From assembly GCA_965140935.1 (NCBI GenBank), contig CBCSLL010001102.1, positions 25,393 to 44,266 of the forward strand: DNA of 18,874 nt, given 5' to 3'. This document shows, piece by piece, positions 8,875 to 18,700 of this stretch. The stretch is from Rotaria magnacalcarata. Lineage: Eukaryota. A program made the position numbers and the translations under genes. Under the pieces are notes generated by a model. It was not told where the DNA came from, did not search any database, and saw nothing but the letters and a program-made list of their open reading frames with translations. Every line of letters begins with the position of its first letter. Position 1 is the stretch's first letter.

Positions 8875-11110
8875 TCATAAATCGTTTATCTGTACAGTAC
8901 TTTTATTGATCTTTGAATTAGGTATAGGATAACTCGTCGGAGGAGACATCCGTGTGTCCGTGAATCGAGCAGTTCCAAAATCGCCGCCGCCGCCGCCGCC
9001 GCCGCCACCGGTAGCGTCCATAGTCGACTTGCCCCTCATTGAGTCACTCTTTCTATATTTCTCTAATGGCTCTGGTTTCAAATCACTTGATTTCTTCGAT
9101 GATATTTTCATTTCAAGGTTTTTTGCTAAAAATACAATCAAACATGAACTTCATGATATTGCTACTTATCGAAATATTAAATAGTCTATTCATTACTGAT
9201 AGAAAAGTGGTAGTATTCAATGACGTAAGCTTCTTCTTTCTTTGTGAAATATAGTTGCTTTGCACTGTCAAGTAGAGATTTAGATAAATATTATAATGCT
9301 GGGTTCGATATAATAAGAATAGTCCATATATATCAATCGCCATTAAATGAATAAACTGGCATATTCTTGCAATGATCAAAAAACTTTTCTTCTCTCGAGA
9401 CATCTTGATACTAAGATGGTGATATAAAAGTATCCCGGATACTTTCTTCAATAATTGATTAGTACTTATGTATTCTTCTTGGAATCAACGCGTATCGAGA
9501 TTTTGTAATTTACTCATTCAAGGAAACTTTACTTTCAAAGGCTATCTAATAATTATCTGAATGTCTACTAATGTTCCATAGCTATCGATAGGAAAACAGG
9601 AATGCCATATATCTGTCTATTGTGATTTCCTTTTCCTTTTTGACAATCAGATAGATATATTCGCTTTTTGAATGTTTTGATGACTAATGTCTAGTTGAGG
9701 ATGCGGGTTAACTCTTCCGAACTATAATTCTTTATGGTACATGTAAAATCTGGAGTTCACTAACAATAGATAAATCAGTTTGTTTGGACGAATTTATTGA
9801 TTCCGAAAATAAGTTCTAATCGTCCCTAACATAAGAGTTACAAAAATATTAAAATAATGAGAATATCACGAAAAATTTCACTTCTCCTAGTTTGTGTTAA
9901 TTGAGCTCCTTAAAAACAATTGAAACAAACGCTATTTCGTGAGTATTATTATAGTGCCTTTTGATGATTATAAAAGTTGTATTACTTACTAAAATTGATA
10001 TAGGAAGACTCATCCATAGTGTCTAACATACTGAAATCGAATCCGGAGTAGAGATCAACGTCTGATTCTGTCGACTGTAACTGTTGCGATTCTGACGGCA
10101 CTTCAACTGAAGGAATATTCTCTAAAAACGAATGCAATACATTCAACCATGAGTACAAGCACATAATCTAAGTGCTTTTTGAAAAGCAAAACATTATTAA
10201 AAAAATGATCTTTCTCTAGTATTATATTCAAAGCTTCCTATTTTCATATTAATCATGAACAAAAACACTTAATACTGCATAGTTATATTTTTCTACAAGA
10301 AATCAGTAGTATATTTTGGTTCTTTAATCGGTATTTAAGTTGCGTAGTTAATTACACTGTAAATTGACTTGGTTTTGAACATCATTCTTATACTCAAGCA
10401 GTATTTTATTCCTTTTATTTTGTTTTTTTAAGTACTCCAGAAATGCAGCAAGGATGTAATTAATATATTATAACTTAGAGTTATTCATATACAATGTACA
10501 ATATATCTGATAAAGTTCATGGAATACAAACGTGTAAATTTCTACCCTACATATTTTAAGCCTGCCTTTAGATCATGTTTCACAGATGTTGAATAACTTA
10601 CCACATCTAGAATAGGATGCGCCGCCATCGTCGAACAAACTGAATCCCATATCCTCGCCTTCATCTTCTAACGCAATCGATTTTGACGGCAGTTCAATTG
10701 AACTCGTTAGTATAGGTATACGCATGGATTCTAAAATTAAGAAGAGAAAATTTTAACGAACAATAGAAATAAATAATATATAGCGTTTTGAAAAATTCAG
10801 CATTAAAATATTTTACTCTCTACTACGACATCCAAAGTCTCTTCTGTCTGAAGTAAATATTGGGCAATGAATTTCAATATATATCTATTGATATATTATC
10901 TGTAGTAAATCTAATAAAAGCCGTGAGTTTCACACGTGTCTCAATTTCTACCATATATACATTAACCTTCTTTGGATACCATATTTCGCAAAATTTGCAT
11001 AACTCACCAGATACAGTACAATCGATGTCGTACAACAGGCCGGAGTCCAAATCCCCCTCGTCGCCGTCCTCGAATGCAGACAATTTTGATGGTAGTACGA
11101 CAGAATTCAT
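8875..11110 (-). CDS. Gene 3 (4 exons, 204 aa): small acidic protein with three tandem paralogous exon modules, each carrying a ribosomal-P-stalk-tail-like acidic/aromatic motif, followed by a Lys-rich segment, a Gly9 tract and a C-terminal tail. Exons: 11008-11110 (ATG), 10602-10730, 9990-10121, 8875-9125 (stop included)
   Basis: Exon 1: MNSVVLPSKLSAFEDGDEGDLDSGLLYDIDCTVS, donor G|GTGAGT. Exon 2: (E)SMRIPILTSSIELPSKSIALEDEGEDMGFSLFDDGGASYSRC, acceptor ttaattttag and donor G|GTAAGT. Exon 3: (E)NIPSVEVPSESQQLQSTESDVDLYSGFDFSMLDTMDESSYINF, acceptor tcgtttttag and donor A|GTAAGT. Exon 4: (T)KNLEMKISSKKSSDLKPEPLEKYRKSDSMRGKSTMDATGGGGGGGGGDFGTARFTDTRMSPPTSYPIPNSKINKSTVQINDL*. All exon ends are in phase 1 and the total of 615 nt is 3 x 205. 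Exon 4 being terminal, and there being no extra exon inside the 864-nt intron, is less certain. Confidence 0.55.
8980..9006. repeat. (GCC)n / (CCG)n trinucleotide tract, encoding Gly9 of gene 3 on the minus strand
   Basis: cgccgccgccgccgccgccgccaccgg. GC-rich microsatellite in an AT-rich context. Confidence 0.8.
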
Positions 11111-11598
11111 TGCCAACTTATACCTCACTGCTAAAATCGAATAGAGAAAGTTTCAAACAAAACTAGATACAAATAACTGATGCAATTTAAAAAAAAGCTA
11201 AGGCTATAAAAGGAATCGATTGTCTTTATGATTGTTGAACTGTTTTTTTTCCCATAAAGCAGACATGACTAGATGGAACTGGGCGATCTGGTTTGAAATA
11301 TTAATACGGGAGCTGTTTGATGGAGGCTTCTTAGAAAAAAACAGTAGTTCCTGCTTTTTATATAAATTTGTTGAAAACTGTTTTAGCCAAGAAAAAGAAA
11401 GAAATTTTCTATGAATTTCATTTGAAAAAGCTGTTATCATACTATTGGTACGGTGAAATTGTGAAGCATGATGAAACTTCTAATATGGTAGAAGAGAAGA
11501 TCCATCATGTCTCAACTTATGAATTTTAATCTCATATTAACGTTTGACAGGATTCAAATTCATTCGCTCACGCTGCTATAGAAAATCTCTCACGAAAA

Positions 11599-11754
11599 AT
11601 GCATCACTTGCCTGATGAAGAAGCCTCGTTATCACCAAATGAGTCCCAGCACACATCATCTGCATCCGCTGATTCTTCTGATGTTGACGCAGTTGACAAT
11701 CGTTTTCTGCAAGATGTAGGCATCTCTAAAAGCAAATGCAGAATATTTCGATGA
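11599..11754 (+). CDS. Diverged, inverted (plus-strand) copy of the gene-3 module: 51-codon ORF MHHLPDEEASLSPNESQHTSSASADSSDVDAVDNRFLQD(VGISKSKCRIFR*). It may be the first exon of a paralogous plus-strand gene (possible donor CAAGAT|GTAGGC at 11716) or a decaying duplicate
   Basis: Protein and nucleotide similarity to module 3 (PSESQQLQSTESDVDLYSGFDF versus PNESQHTSSASADSSDVDAVDNRF). It lies head-to-head with gene 3 exon 1, about 490 bp away. Confidence 0.3.
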   Translation: MHHLPDEEASLSPNESQHTSSASADSSDVDAVDNRFLQDVGISKSKCRIFR

Positions 11755-12755
11755 GAAATACAATTGCTGGATAATTATAACTCAGCTTGCTGTTCGTCGA
11801 ATAATTTGTTGCTCAATCTTTCGTTTAAAAAAATCTCGTTTTACTTTGGATTTGGGTAAAAATGAGAAGGTTTATTTGTAAGTGTCCTGTTACAATTTTT
11901 AATATTTTATTATTTGAATCAATCAAAACAAGAACTGAGATGTTTCCTACCGGCATATTTATTAAATCTGCTTAAGTTTCAGCTGAAATGAATAAGGATG
12001 TAGAAAATGATTTTCATGTCACTCTCACCCTTCAACACACTGTCTTTCAACATAAAAGTCTAATATGTGTATAGTGTATTAATTACCTATATCAATACGT
12101 GACTTTTTATCCTTTTGTGATGATGAAAGTTCGATACGATCTATGCATTGGTTTTGTTCGACTATCTGAACAAGAAATATTAACTTTTGTAGGAGTCCGA
12201 AAATCAGAAATGATTTTATTAAATTACCGAATCGGACATGTTGAGTGCCAACTGTTTTAATCTAGCTATTGATTGACTACATTCCAATAGATTAAGATCT
12301 AGTAAAACAAGATAAAAAATATTACTTGGAAGAAAAAAATTGTTTTTTTTCACACTCTACAATTGCGACGTTTAACAAAATTCATATAAAATGAGTAACG
12401 ATCTTCATTACTATGAATGTTTACCTTCTCGATTTCATTTAATCTCAATTGCAAACATAAACTTTACTAATATCCATTGTTCATCTAGAGGTCATACATT
12501 CTGATTAGAGCAAAATTGAATATTAATATAGTATTGCTATCTCGCATGTTTTCCAGATTATTATACTACTCTAAACTCTTTCTATCCATTTAACAGCATT
12601 GTCAAAGAACAACCGATTGATCGAGTGAGAGAAAACTAACAACTAGGGTAATGAATTGTTTTTTAAATTATCTGTGACATTCAGAATATCTAAGCACTAT
12701 TTTATTGTCATTTTTTTCCTTCACGAATACGATCGAGTTCTTAGATTTATTGTTA

Positions 12756-15700
12756 TCACTCAGTTTTTTCAGTAATAGTTTCACAGCAGCGTTGGTACCG
12801 CAAAGAGCGTACTATATATAAAAATAGAATCACTGAGATGCTGTAACATGCTTAGACTATAAAAATCAATCTCTTCTGTCTTTTTCTCTCGATTGTAAAT
12901 TAAAAACTCTTCTTACCATCATCTTCCAGGAATTCTTTCATTCTAGAGAAATAATAACAAGTGTTGTTTTCGAATTCAATCTTTCTGCTTTGTTACATAC
13001 TCTTCGTTCGTTGTGATCCTTAAATTGTTTGCTGCACATCGTTGTTCTAATGCTTGTCGTTCTTCTGTTGTCGCGCTGAGCATCTCATTCTTTATATCTA
13101 TTTTATAATTTTTTGAAATAATAATTCTTTTAATTTTTATTCTCACTGAATCAACATACCGTTTCGCATTTTATCTTCAAGTTCATTTGCTTTATCACGT
13201 TCATTTAATGAATGACGATATGTACGTATAATAGACATCATCATGTCGAATTTAGCATCACCACCTGCTCGATAGGAGATTTTCTTACAAAGTTTTTCAA
13301 TATCAACAACCGATTCTTTTTTGCCAAGAATCGATGCACTTTCAAGTGAAACACGACCATCGATTAGTTTCTGTTTAATTAAAGCCAAATTTGATTTATC
13401 ACCATCCCATTCTATGTATGGTAATATATCGACATCTCGATCAAGCATAACATCGATGAGACGAACGCCTAACATTGAACAAAAAAATCTAGTTATCATA
13501 GAATATGAGTATTCTACCAACCTGGTTGGAGAGTCGACTGATCTGTTTTGGCATCACGTTCTTCAATGGCAACAAAACTCGTATATGGACTGACAACAGA
13601 ATAATTAATACTCAAATCTATGAGATCTTGTTTACATTGAATTTTAATCAATTCGTTTTCGCTTTCGTCTTCATGTAATATTCCGTTTTCATAATCGTCA
13701 ATTATCGCCCGTGCGGTTAGACAATGTAGAATACGTCCTCTAGTTGTTGTCATTGGACTACTGAATACAGTAGTGACAAATTCTTGCCCATCGATAGTCG
13801 CCGTTAATGTTGCTTTATGGCAATTATGAATAAATCGATAGACGCTGAGTCGCATTCCATCGAACAAAGATCGAATCATTTTTGGTGCTTGCATATTGAA
13901 TTTTTGTCCTTCGTCCAAACCACCATGCCAATCAATCGATATGCTCGTAACACATGGTTGTCGGGTATGTTCGAGAATCTCCAATACTTTTGTTTTCCAC
14001 TTCGATCGATAGTTCGAATCGAATATTGTTACTAGACCACCTCCTCGTATCCCACGAGTTAACTGTTTCAGCCCATGTTTGTTAGCAACATTTCCAATTG
14101 AACATGCAAATAAACGATCACAGCGCATAGTTGATCGATGTTCAAGTAGAGCAATAATCGAATTAACATCATGGATATGTCCATCAGATAAAAGAATAAA
14201 TTGGCGACCCGATTTCGACGACGATACAGATGGTAGCAATGAATATCGATGAAGAACTGCTAACAAATCTGTATTACCACGATGAATAAGTGAATGCTAG
14301 AATATAAGAATTTCATTACAAAACAAAACTCATCTCAAACACAAAAAATACCAACCAGAACAAAATGTTTGGCTTTATCTAGGTTCTCTTTTGTAGTTAG
14401 TGTTGAAATTGGAAAACATTCATCATTATCTAAATAGTTCAAATTTCAATAGTAGGCAAAATAATATGGTTGACTATCATCGTATTACCTGATCCAAAAG
14501 TAACTACATTGAAATATGTATTTTTATTATCAACTTTCAAATGAGTAAGAAATAAATGAGCTAACTGTTTAGCTTGTTGAACATGACTACCATCCATTGA
14601 ATTCGATACATCGACAATGAAAATAATTTCAACTGTTTCGTTCGACATCGATAATGTTTCGAATCTTGGATAAAAAGTAAGTAAACATGCTTCAGAATCG
14701 CGATTGTTCGATGTCGTTGTTCCATTGTCATCATCTAATGTCCATGTTTCATTTGATATTCGAGGTAAATTAGCACTTTTAAGTGTTACCGAAAGAACAA
14801 AATCTCGATCGAGTAAAACATTATCGACAAGTTCGACCATGGCCATACAATCGGTCAGTTTTCGACGAAGACGATGTGTCGGCGAAAACAATTTGATTAT
14901 TTCATAGGGCATTCGAATAGATGTTTTAAAACTGAATTCGACTTTTTCATCAACAATATCAATAGATCGTACAGTCGATTGATCTTTTGTTTCAATGGCT
15001 TGTTTCGATTGCCATGAAGCCATTTTTGCTGGAAGTCGAAAGATAATATCACCATTCTCGATTTCTAATTCGGCAACATAGGTTATTTTGATAATGACTT
15101 CATTGTTGGCTGGTAAGTTACCAACAGCTACGCTGAATACTTGAGCCTGCTCCTGATGCATCAAATAGGCACCGTGACCTTTTTCGATTGCTTCTCGATA
15201 TTCTTGTTTGGCTTGTTCTTTCTCTTTGACTACACCTTTAATAATTTTATTATTGATATGTGCTTCAAAACCACATACAGTTGAATTTTCATCAAGTGGA
15301 AACACATATTTAGCTTCAATAGGTATTGAACTCGTATTATGATAGACTTGATAGAGAACAACCTTATCGATGAAAACAAAACAGGATGTGTTAGTTGATC
15401 AAAGTAATAGCTATAATTACTTCAACTGTAGCATCGACGATTTGAGCTCGAATATGAAATGATTTCAGTGGTACAAGTTTGCCCGATGATGGGCATACTA
15501 AGCCATAGTCTTGTTCGGCTACTTCAATAATTTCATCGTCAATTGTCAAAGGAACTTCGACTAGAATTTCGTAGATAACCTAGCTGAATTTTATTAGAAG
15601 ATAAAGAATCATTATTACCATGTTCACTGAGTTTCAATGCATGTTGCTCATGATGAACAACGGGTAAACGTTCCAGTGCAATATTGATATTATCATTTGG

Positions 15701-18197
15701 TATCCATGAAACTTCCACAATGTAGAGTAAACGTTGTTGATCGAGTTGATAAATTGCATATTCATTATCCTATTTCAATAGAAATCAGATTTTTTATTCC
15801 AACATTTAGCATGTTGGTATAAGTGACACTGATCCGACAATTTCGTATCTAGTTTTATTGAAAATAATGAATACAAAGATATAGGACACAATGTCAAATA
15901 TTGATCTCTCTCTTTTTTCTATTGTATTGCCACGACATTCATGGCTACTTGTTCACAACTATTTTTCTTCATATTTTTATCAAATATTTGTTGAAACTCT
16001 GGCAGTGATACACGATAAAAGTGCTTTCCACAAGCATTCGCGAATGTAATATTATCAGACATAATACAAGCAAACTACTTACGCTAAACATGGAACGATT
16101 TTCTTCCGTTCGTTTGACACCATGCGTACTATGAAAACCATCAGGAGGTTTGGTGATTGTCGGTGAAAATGAATAATAATTAGCTGATTCACCGAGGGCG
16201 ACTTGACAAACACATAGTAGTCGGCGACCTGGTCGCGTTGTGCTAGCTGTCGTATATTTTAGCGACGTAGAAACAGAATCAGAAAAGTAAATTCCGTAGC
16301 CAAGACAACCAATATCAGTACGCACCACACCTAATTCTTCAACTACCATTTTTGGCATGGCCAAACCACTGAATGCATACATTCACACAATAGATATTGT
16401 CTCGAGAGAAAGATGAATAGTTTACCGTGAAAGAATTCCAAGAAAATTGGCATATTTTGATCCGTGAAATAGTTGCTGTTGATTTGATAGTGATGTTCGA
16501 AAGTTGAGTGCATCTGTTTGTTTGGCTACGCTGAATATTTGATGAATAACGATTTTTTCACCACTAACGAACAGAGAGAAACCGATAATTGTGAAATCAA
16601 AATTCAATTCAACTCACTTATCTGTTGACGATTGAATATGTTCAGCAACATTCATAAATTCAGGTGTTGAACTATCGACTATTTCAATATGACAGTTCAA
16701 TGCTCGATATTTTGCTTCAATTGGAGCTTTAGTATTCCAATTGGTTAGTTCATTGACTGTGAGCATATCTCGAAGTAACTAAAAGAGCAAAGTGTTCAAT
16801 GAAATTATTAAAATAAATCGACATACCTGACATAAGTCAATTTTTTCAGTTAGTGCTCGACGATTTTTTACGAGGTCAACCTTATACTCCGCACGATGAG
16901 GAATAAGTGAATAGAAACGAAGTGCAGCAGCAGGATCATTAGTTGACTTGAGTTCAAGTAGTGCAGCCTCAGCTTCAATGATCTGTTCAGTAGTTTGAAA
17001 TAAAACTTAATTGGAATACATAAAAGAAAATGAATATATGCGTACAGTTTTGAGAGTAATCGATTCAGGTAATACGCTCAATATTTTATTCAAATCACCA
17101 ATCGATTCTAACCAAATCGATTCAATTAATTGGCATACGTTATCGTCGAGTATTTGTGTATCAATACGATTAGCAAATAAAGACTAAAAATATTTTATTT
17201 AGTATTGAAAATAAAACTTCCTAATTAATATCATTGGCTTACACGTAGTAATAGTTTTGATCCCAATTTATCTGGTAACATTTCACGAATTCGTGTTACA
17301 CGTGGCATTTTAGCTATTCGATAATAGTATGATGCAAACAGTTGTTGTTGTTCGTTGGGTTCATCACCGAATGCATATTGTATCAATACTCTATTATCTT
17401 GCTTTTGTCCTTGTCTTACAATAGTCTGCTTTTCGTATCGAAACCGTAATCGATAATCAGTCATTGTTCGATCAAAGTATTGTTCCGGAATAACTTGAAG
17501 TTCAAGTACGAAAAATACCTCTGAATTGTCATTAGTTTCCTATGAAAAATAAATACAATAGAAGCACATTAAAGCGATAAAAGAATAGAATTTTACTTTG
17601 AAAATGGCCCACTTCGCTATTTCACAATGTGTCAATTCATCAAAACGAGGTAAATCAACATCGTCTGCATTCCATAGTTTGATTTTATTCAAATCAAATC
17701 GATTAGCTTTAATGCTAGTTGCTTGAGATCCTAACAAGGAACGATGTACGACATCAATCAAAACACAAGAGCAAATATATGATACCTGCAACGGAAATAG
17801 TGCCTGTTTTTGTAAAATTCTCCTGATCTTCAACTGATTTGACAATAAATTTGCTAATGTCAATTGGTGTTTGACCCGCCTGTAAACGCCGACATTCATA
17901 TACATATTCAACATTGACCAATGGCAAGCCAAGTTGCTTTGCACGACGGACTTTGTAGCTATCGAAATTATTCGTAACCAATATGTAGTCAGTCTAGAAC
18001 AAATTCTATTAAGACAGCATTTTATGTAGAATAGAAGAACAACGTACACTAGCAGTAAGTATATATGAAATATGTGCTTGCTGTTCTCGTAAATAGTTGA
18101 TCAAGTCTTGTTTAGCCTTGAATCCTATTTCACGACCGAGCTCGAGTACAATTGTTTTACCATTGAATGGCGATAAAAGTGTGGCAGATACACTCAT
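12756..18197 (-). CDS. PARP4: Gene 1 (18 exons, 4170 nt, about 1389 aa): PARP4 / vault poly(ADP-ribose) polymerase-like protein with BRCT - PARP helical plus catalytic domain (H-G-S, Y and NEY catalytic residues) - VIT - vWA - C-terminal tail. Exons: 18048-18197, 17786-17993, 17597-17730, 17243-17539, 17046-17183, 16827-16982, 16618-16778, 16426-16563, 16083-16368, 15619-15769, 15421-15560, 14489-15362, 14356-14429, 13522-14296, 13160-13468, 13001-13097, 12917-12942, 12756-12811
   Basis: Every junction was read as GT-AG with consistent phase, and the exon sum is divisible by 3. BRCT: NGKTIVLELGREIGFKAKQDLINYLREQQA... and TDYILVTNNFDSYKVRRAKQLGLPLVNVEYVYECRRLQ. PARP signature: QQQLFHGSKYANFLGILS|RGLAMPKMVVEELGVVRTDIGCLGYGIYFSDSVSTSLKY...RRLLCVCQVALGE...KPPDGFHSTHGVK...|DNEYAIYQL. 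VIT: VEVPLTIDDEIIEVAEQDYGLVCPSSGKLVPLKSFHIRAQIVDATVE|VVLYQVYHNTSSIPIEAKYVFPLDENSTVCGFEAHINNKIIKGVVKEKEQAKQEYREAIEKG. vWA: EIIFIVDVSNSMDGSHVQQAKQLAHLFLTHL...NVVTFGS...DLLAVLHRYSLLPSVS...ILLSDGHIHD...YSVVSPYTSFVAIEER. The last three small exons (12756-13097) are the least certain. The gene symbol reflects domain architecture, not a database hit. Confidence 0.8.
13522..15362 (-). CDS. PARP4: PARP4-like exons 12-14: VIT domain and von Willebrand factor A domain (14489-15362, 14356-14429, 13522-14296)
   Basis: ORFs 14439..15305 and 13514..14266 extended to acceptors cgataag|GTTGTTC (15362) and tattctag|CATTCAC (14296). A 74-nt micro-exon at 14356-14429 keeps the frame (...NVVTFGS|DNDECFPISTLTTKENLDKAKHFVL|HSLIHRGNTDLLAVLH...). 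Confidence 0.7.
15619..16563 (-). CDS. PARP4: PARP4-like exons 8-10: PARP catalytic core (H-G-S motif, donor-loop Tyr, catalytic Glu in NEYAIY), exons 16426-16563, 16083-16368 and 15619-15769
   Basis: ORFs 16422..16607 and 15969..16382 are joined by the CG|GTAAAC donor and cattcag|T acceptor to give ...GILSRGLAMPK.... Donor AGC|GTAAGT at 16083 and acceptor gaaatag|GATAATGAATATG at 15769. Confidence 0.8.
17786..18197 (-). CDS. PARP4: PARP4-like exons 1-2: N-terminal BRCT domain (spans one 54-nt intron at 17994-18047)
   Basis: ORFs 18009..18197 and 17754..17981. Donor AGT|GTACGT at 18048 and acceptor ttgttctag|ACTGAC at 17993. Confidence 0.75.
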
Positions 18198-18295
18198 TTT
18201 TTTGTGTCTAAAAATTTAGTAAATTTTTATCTTGTTTTCAAGTCGAATAGAAAACTAAAATAGAATTTTCTGCTGTAGTCTGACTACATACTCAT

Positions 18296-18310
18296 CGTTT
18301 ATAAATGCGA
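18296..18310 (-). promoter_or_regulatory. TATA-like element (TTTATAAA) about 105 nt upstream of the PARP4-like ATG. A strong acceptor-like aaatttttag sits 10 nt upstream of the ATG
   Basis: Plus strand cgtttataaatgcgagc reads TATAAA on either strand. Position only; not verified. Confidence 0.25.
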
Positions 18311-18700
18311 GCATTTTATTTCTGATGACTAATGCGGTTATTTATTATTTTAGCGAAAGAAAAAGAGAAAATAGGTTATAGACTTCAGATTTTGCTATTT
18401 TTCTTTATGATTCTACACACTTCGCACGTGTTGTGTTATTGCACAAGCTGTCGTAACACGTATATTATAGGAATTTAAGCATGTTGTGCATCAGAACCTG
18501 GCTACACAATTTACGATAGATGCCATTACCAATCTAAAATGTCGGCTGGTTAAATATTTACAAATTTTACAGTGAAATACATTCTCAACAAGTAAAATGT
18601 CAAGAACTATGTAATGTAGACTATGAGTATGATTAGAAAAGCCAATAGAATTCACCAATGAACTCCTTCAGCGAAATGTGAAGCATTTAATATATGGAAG

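Noticed and set aside
8500-8878. ORF 8654..8878 (-) and a possible Ser/Thr-rich exon at about 8530-8626 with a ttatcgcatttcag acceptor
   Set aside because: They could be a further exon or the 3' UTR of gene 3, or another small gene. I could not build a phase-consistent model linking them, so no call is made.
9113-9451. 112-aa minus-strand ORF
   Set aside because: It lies inside the 864-nt intron of gene 3 and is low-complexity (I/L/Y/N/K-rich). It is judged to be intronic noise.
10141-10164. ATG-initiated extension of ORF 9982..10164 (MCLYSWLNVLHSFL...)
   Set aside because: A strong acceptor tcgtttttag at 10122-10124 in phase with the two upstream exons makes 10121 the exon start. The upstream ATG segment is intronic.
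10860-11166. Plus-strand ORFs 10860..11144 and 10972..11166
   Set aside because: They are the antisense frames of gene-3 exon 1 and its flank. The minus-strand reading has splice signals and paralogous copies.
13321-14907. Plus-strand ORFs 13321..13593, 13817..14035 and 14704..14907
   Set aside because: They are antisense to well-supported PARP4-like VIT/vWA exons, with no independent support.
17540-18049. Single 169-aa ORF 17540..18049 (-)
   Set aside because: It is a read-through frame spanning two real exons (17597-17730 and part of the 17731-17785 intron) plus out-of-frame BRCT sequence. The spliced model with 55-nt introns is preferred.
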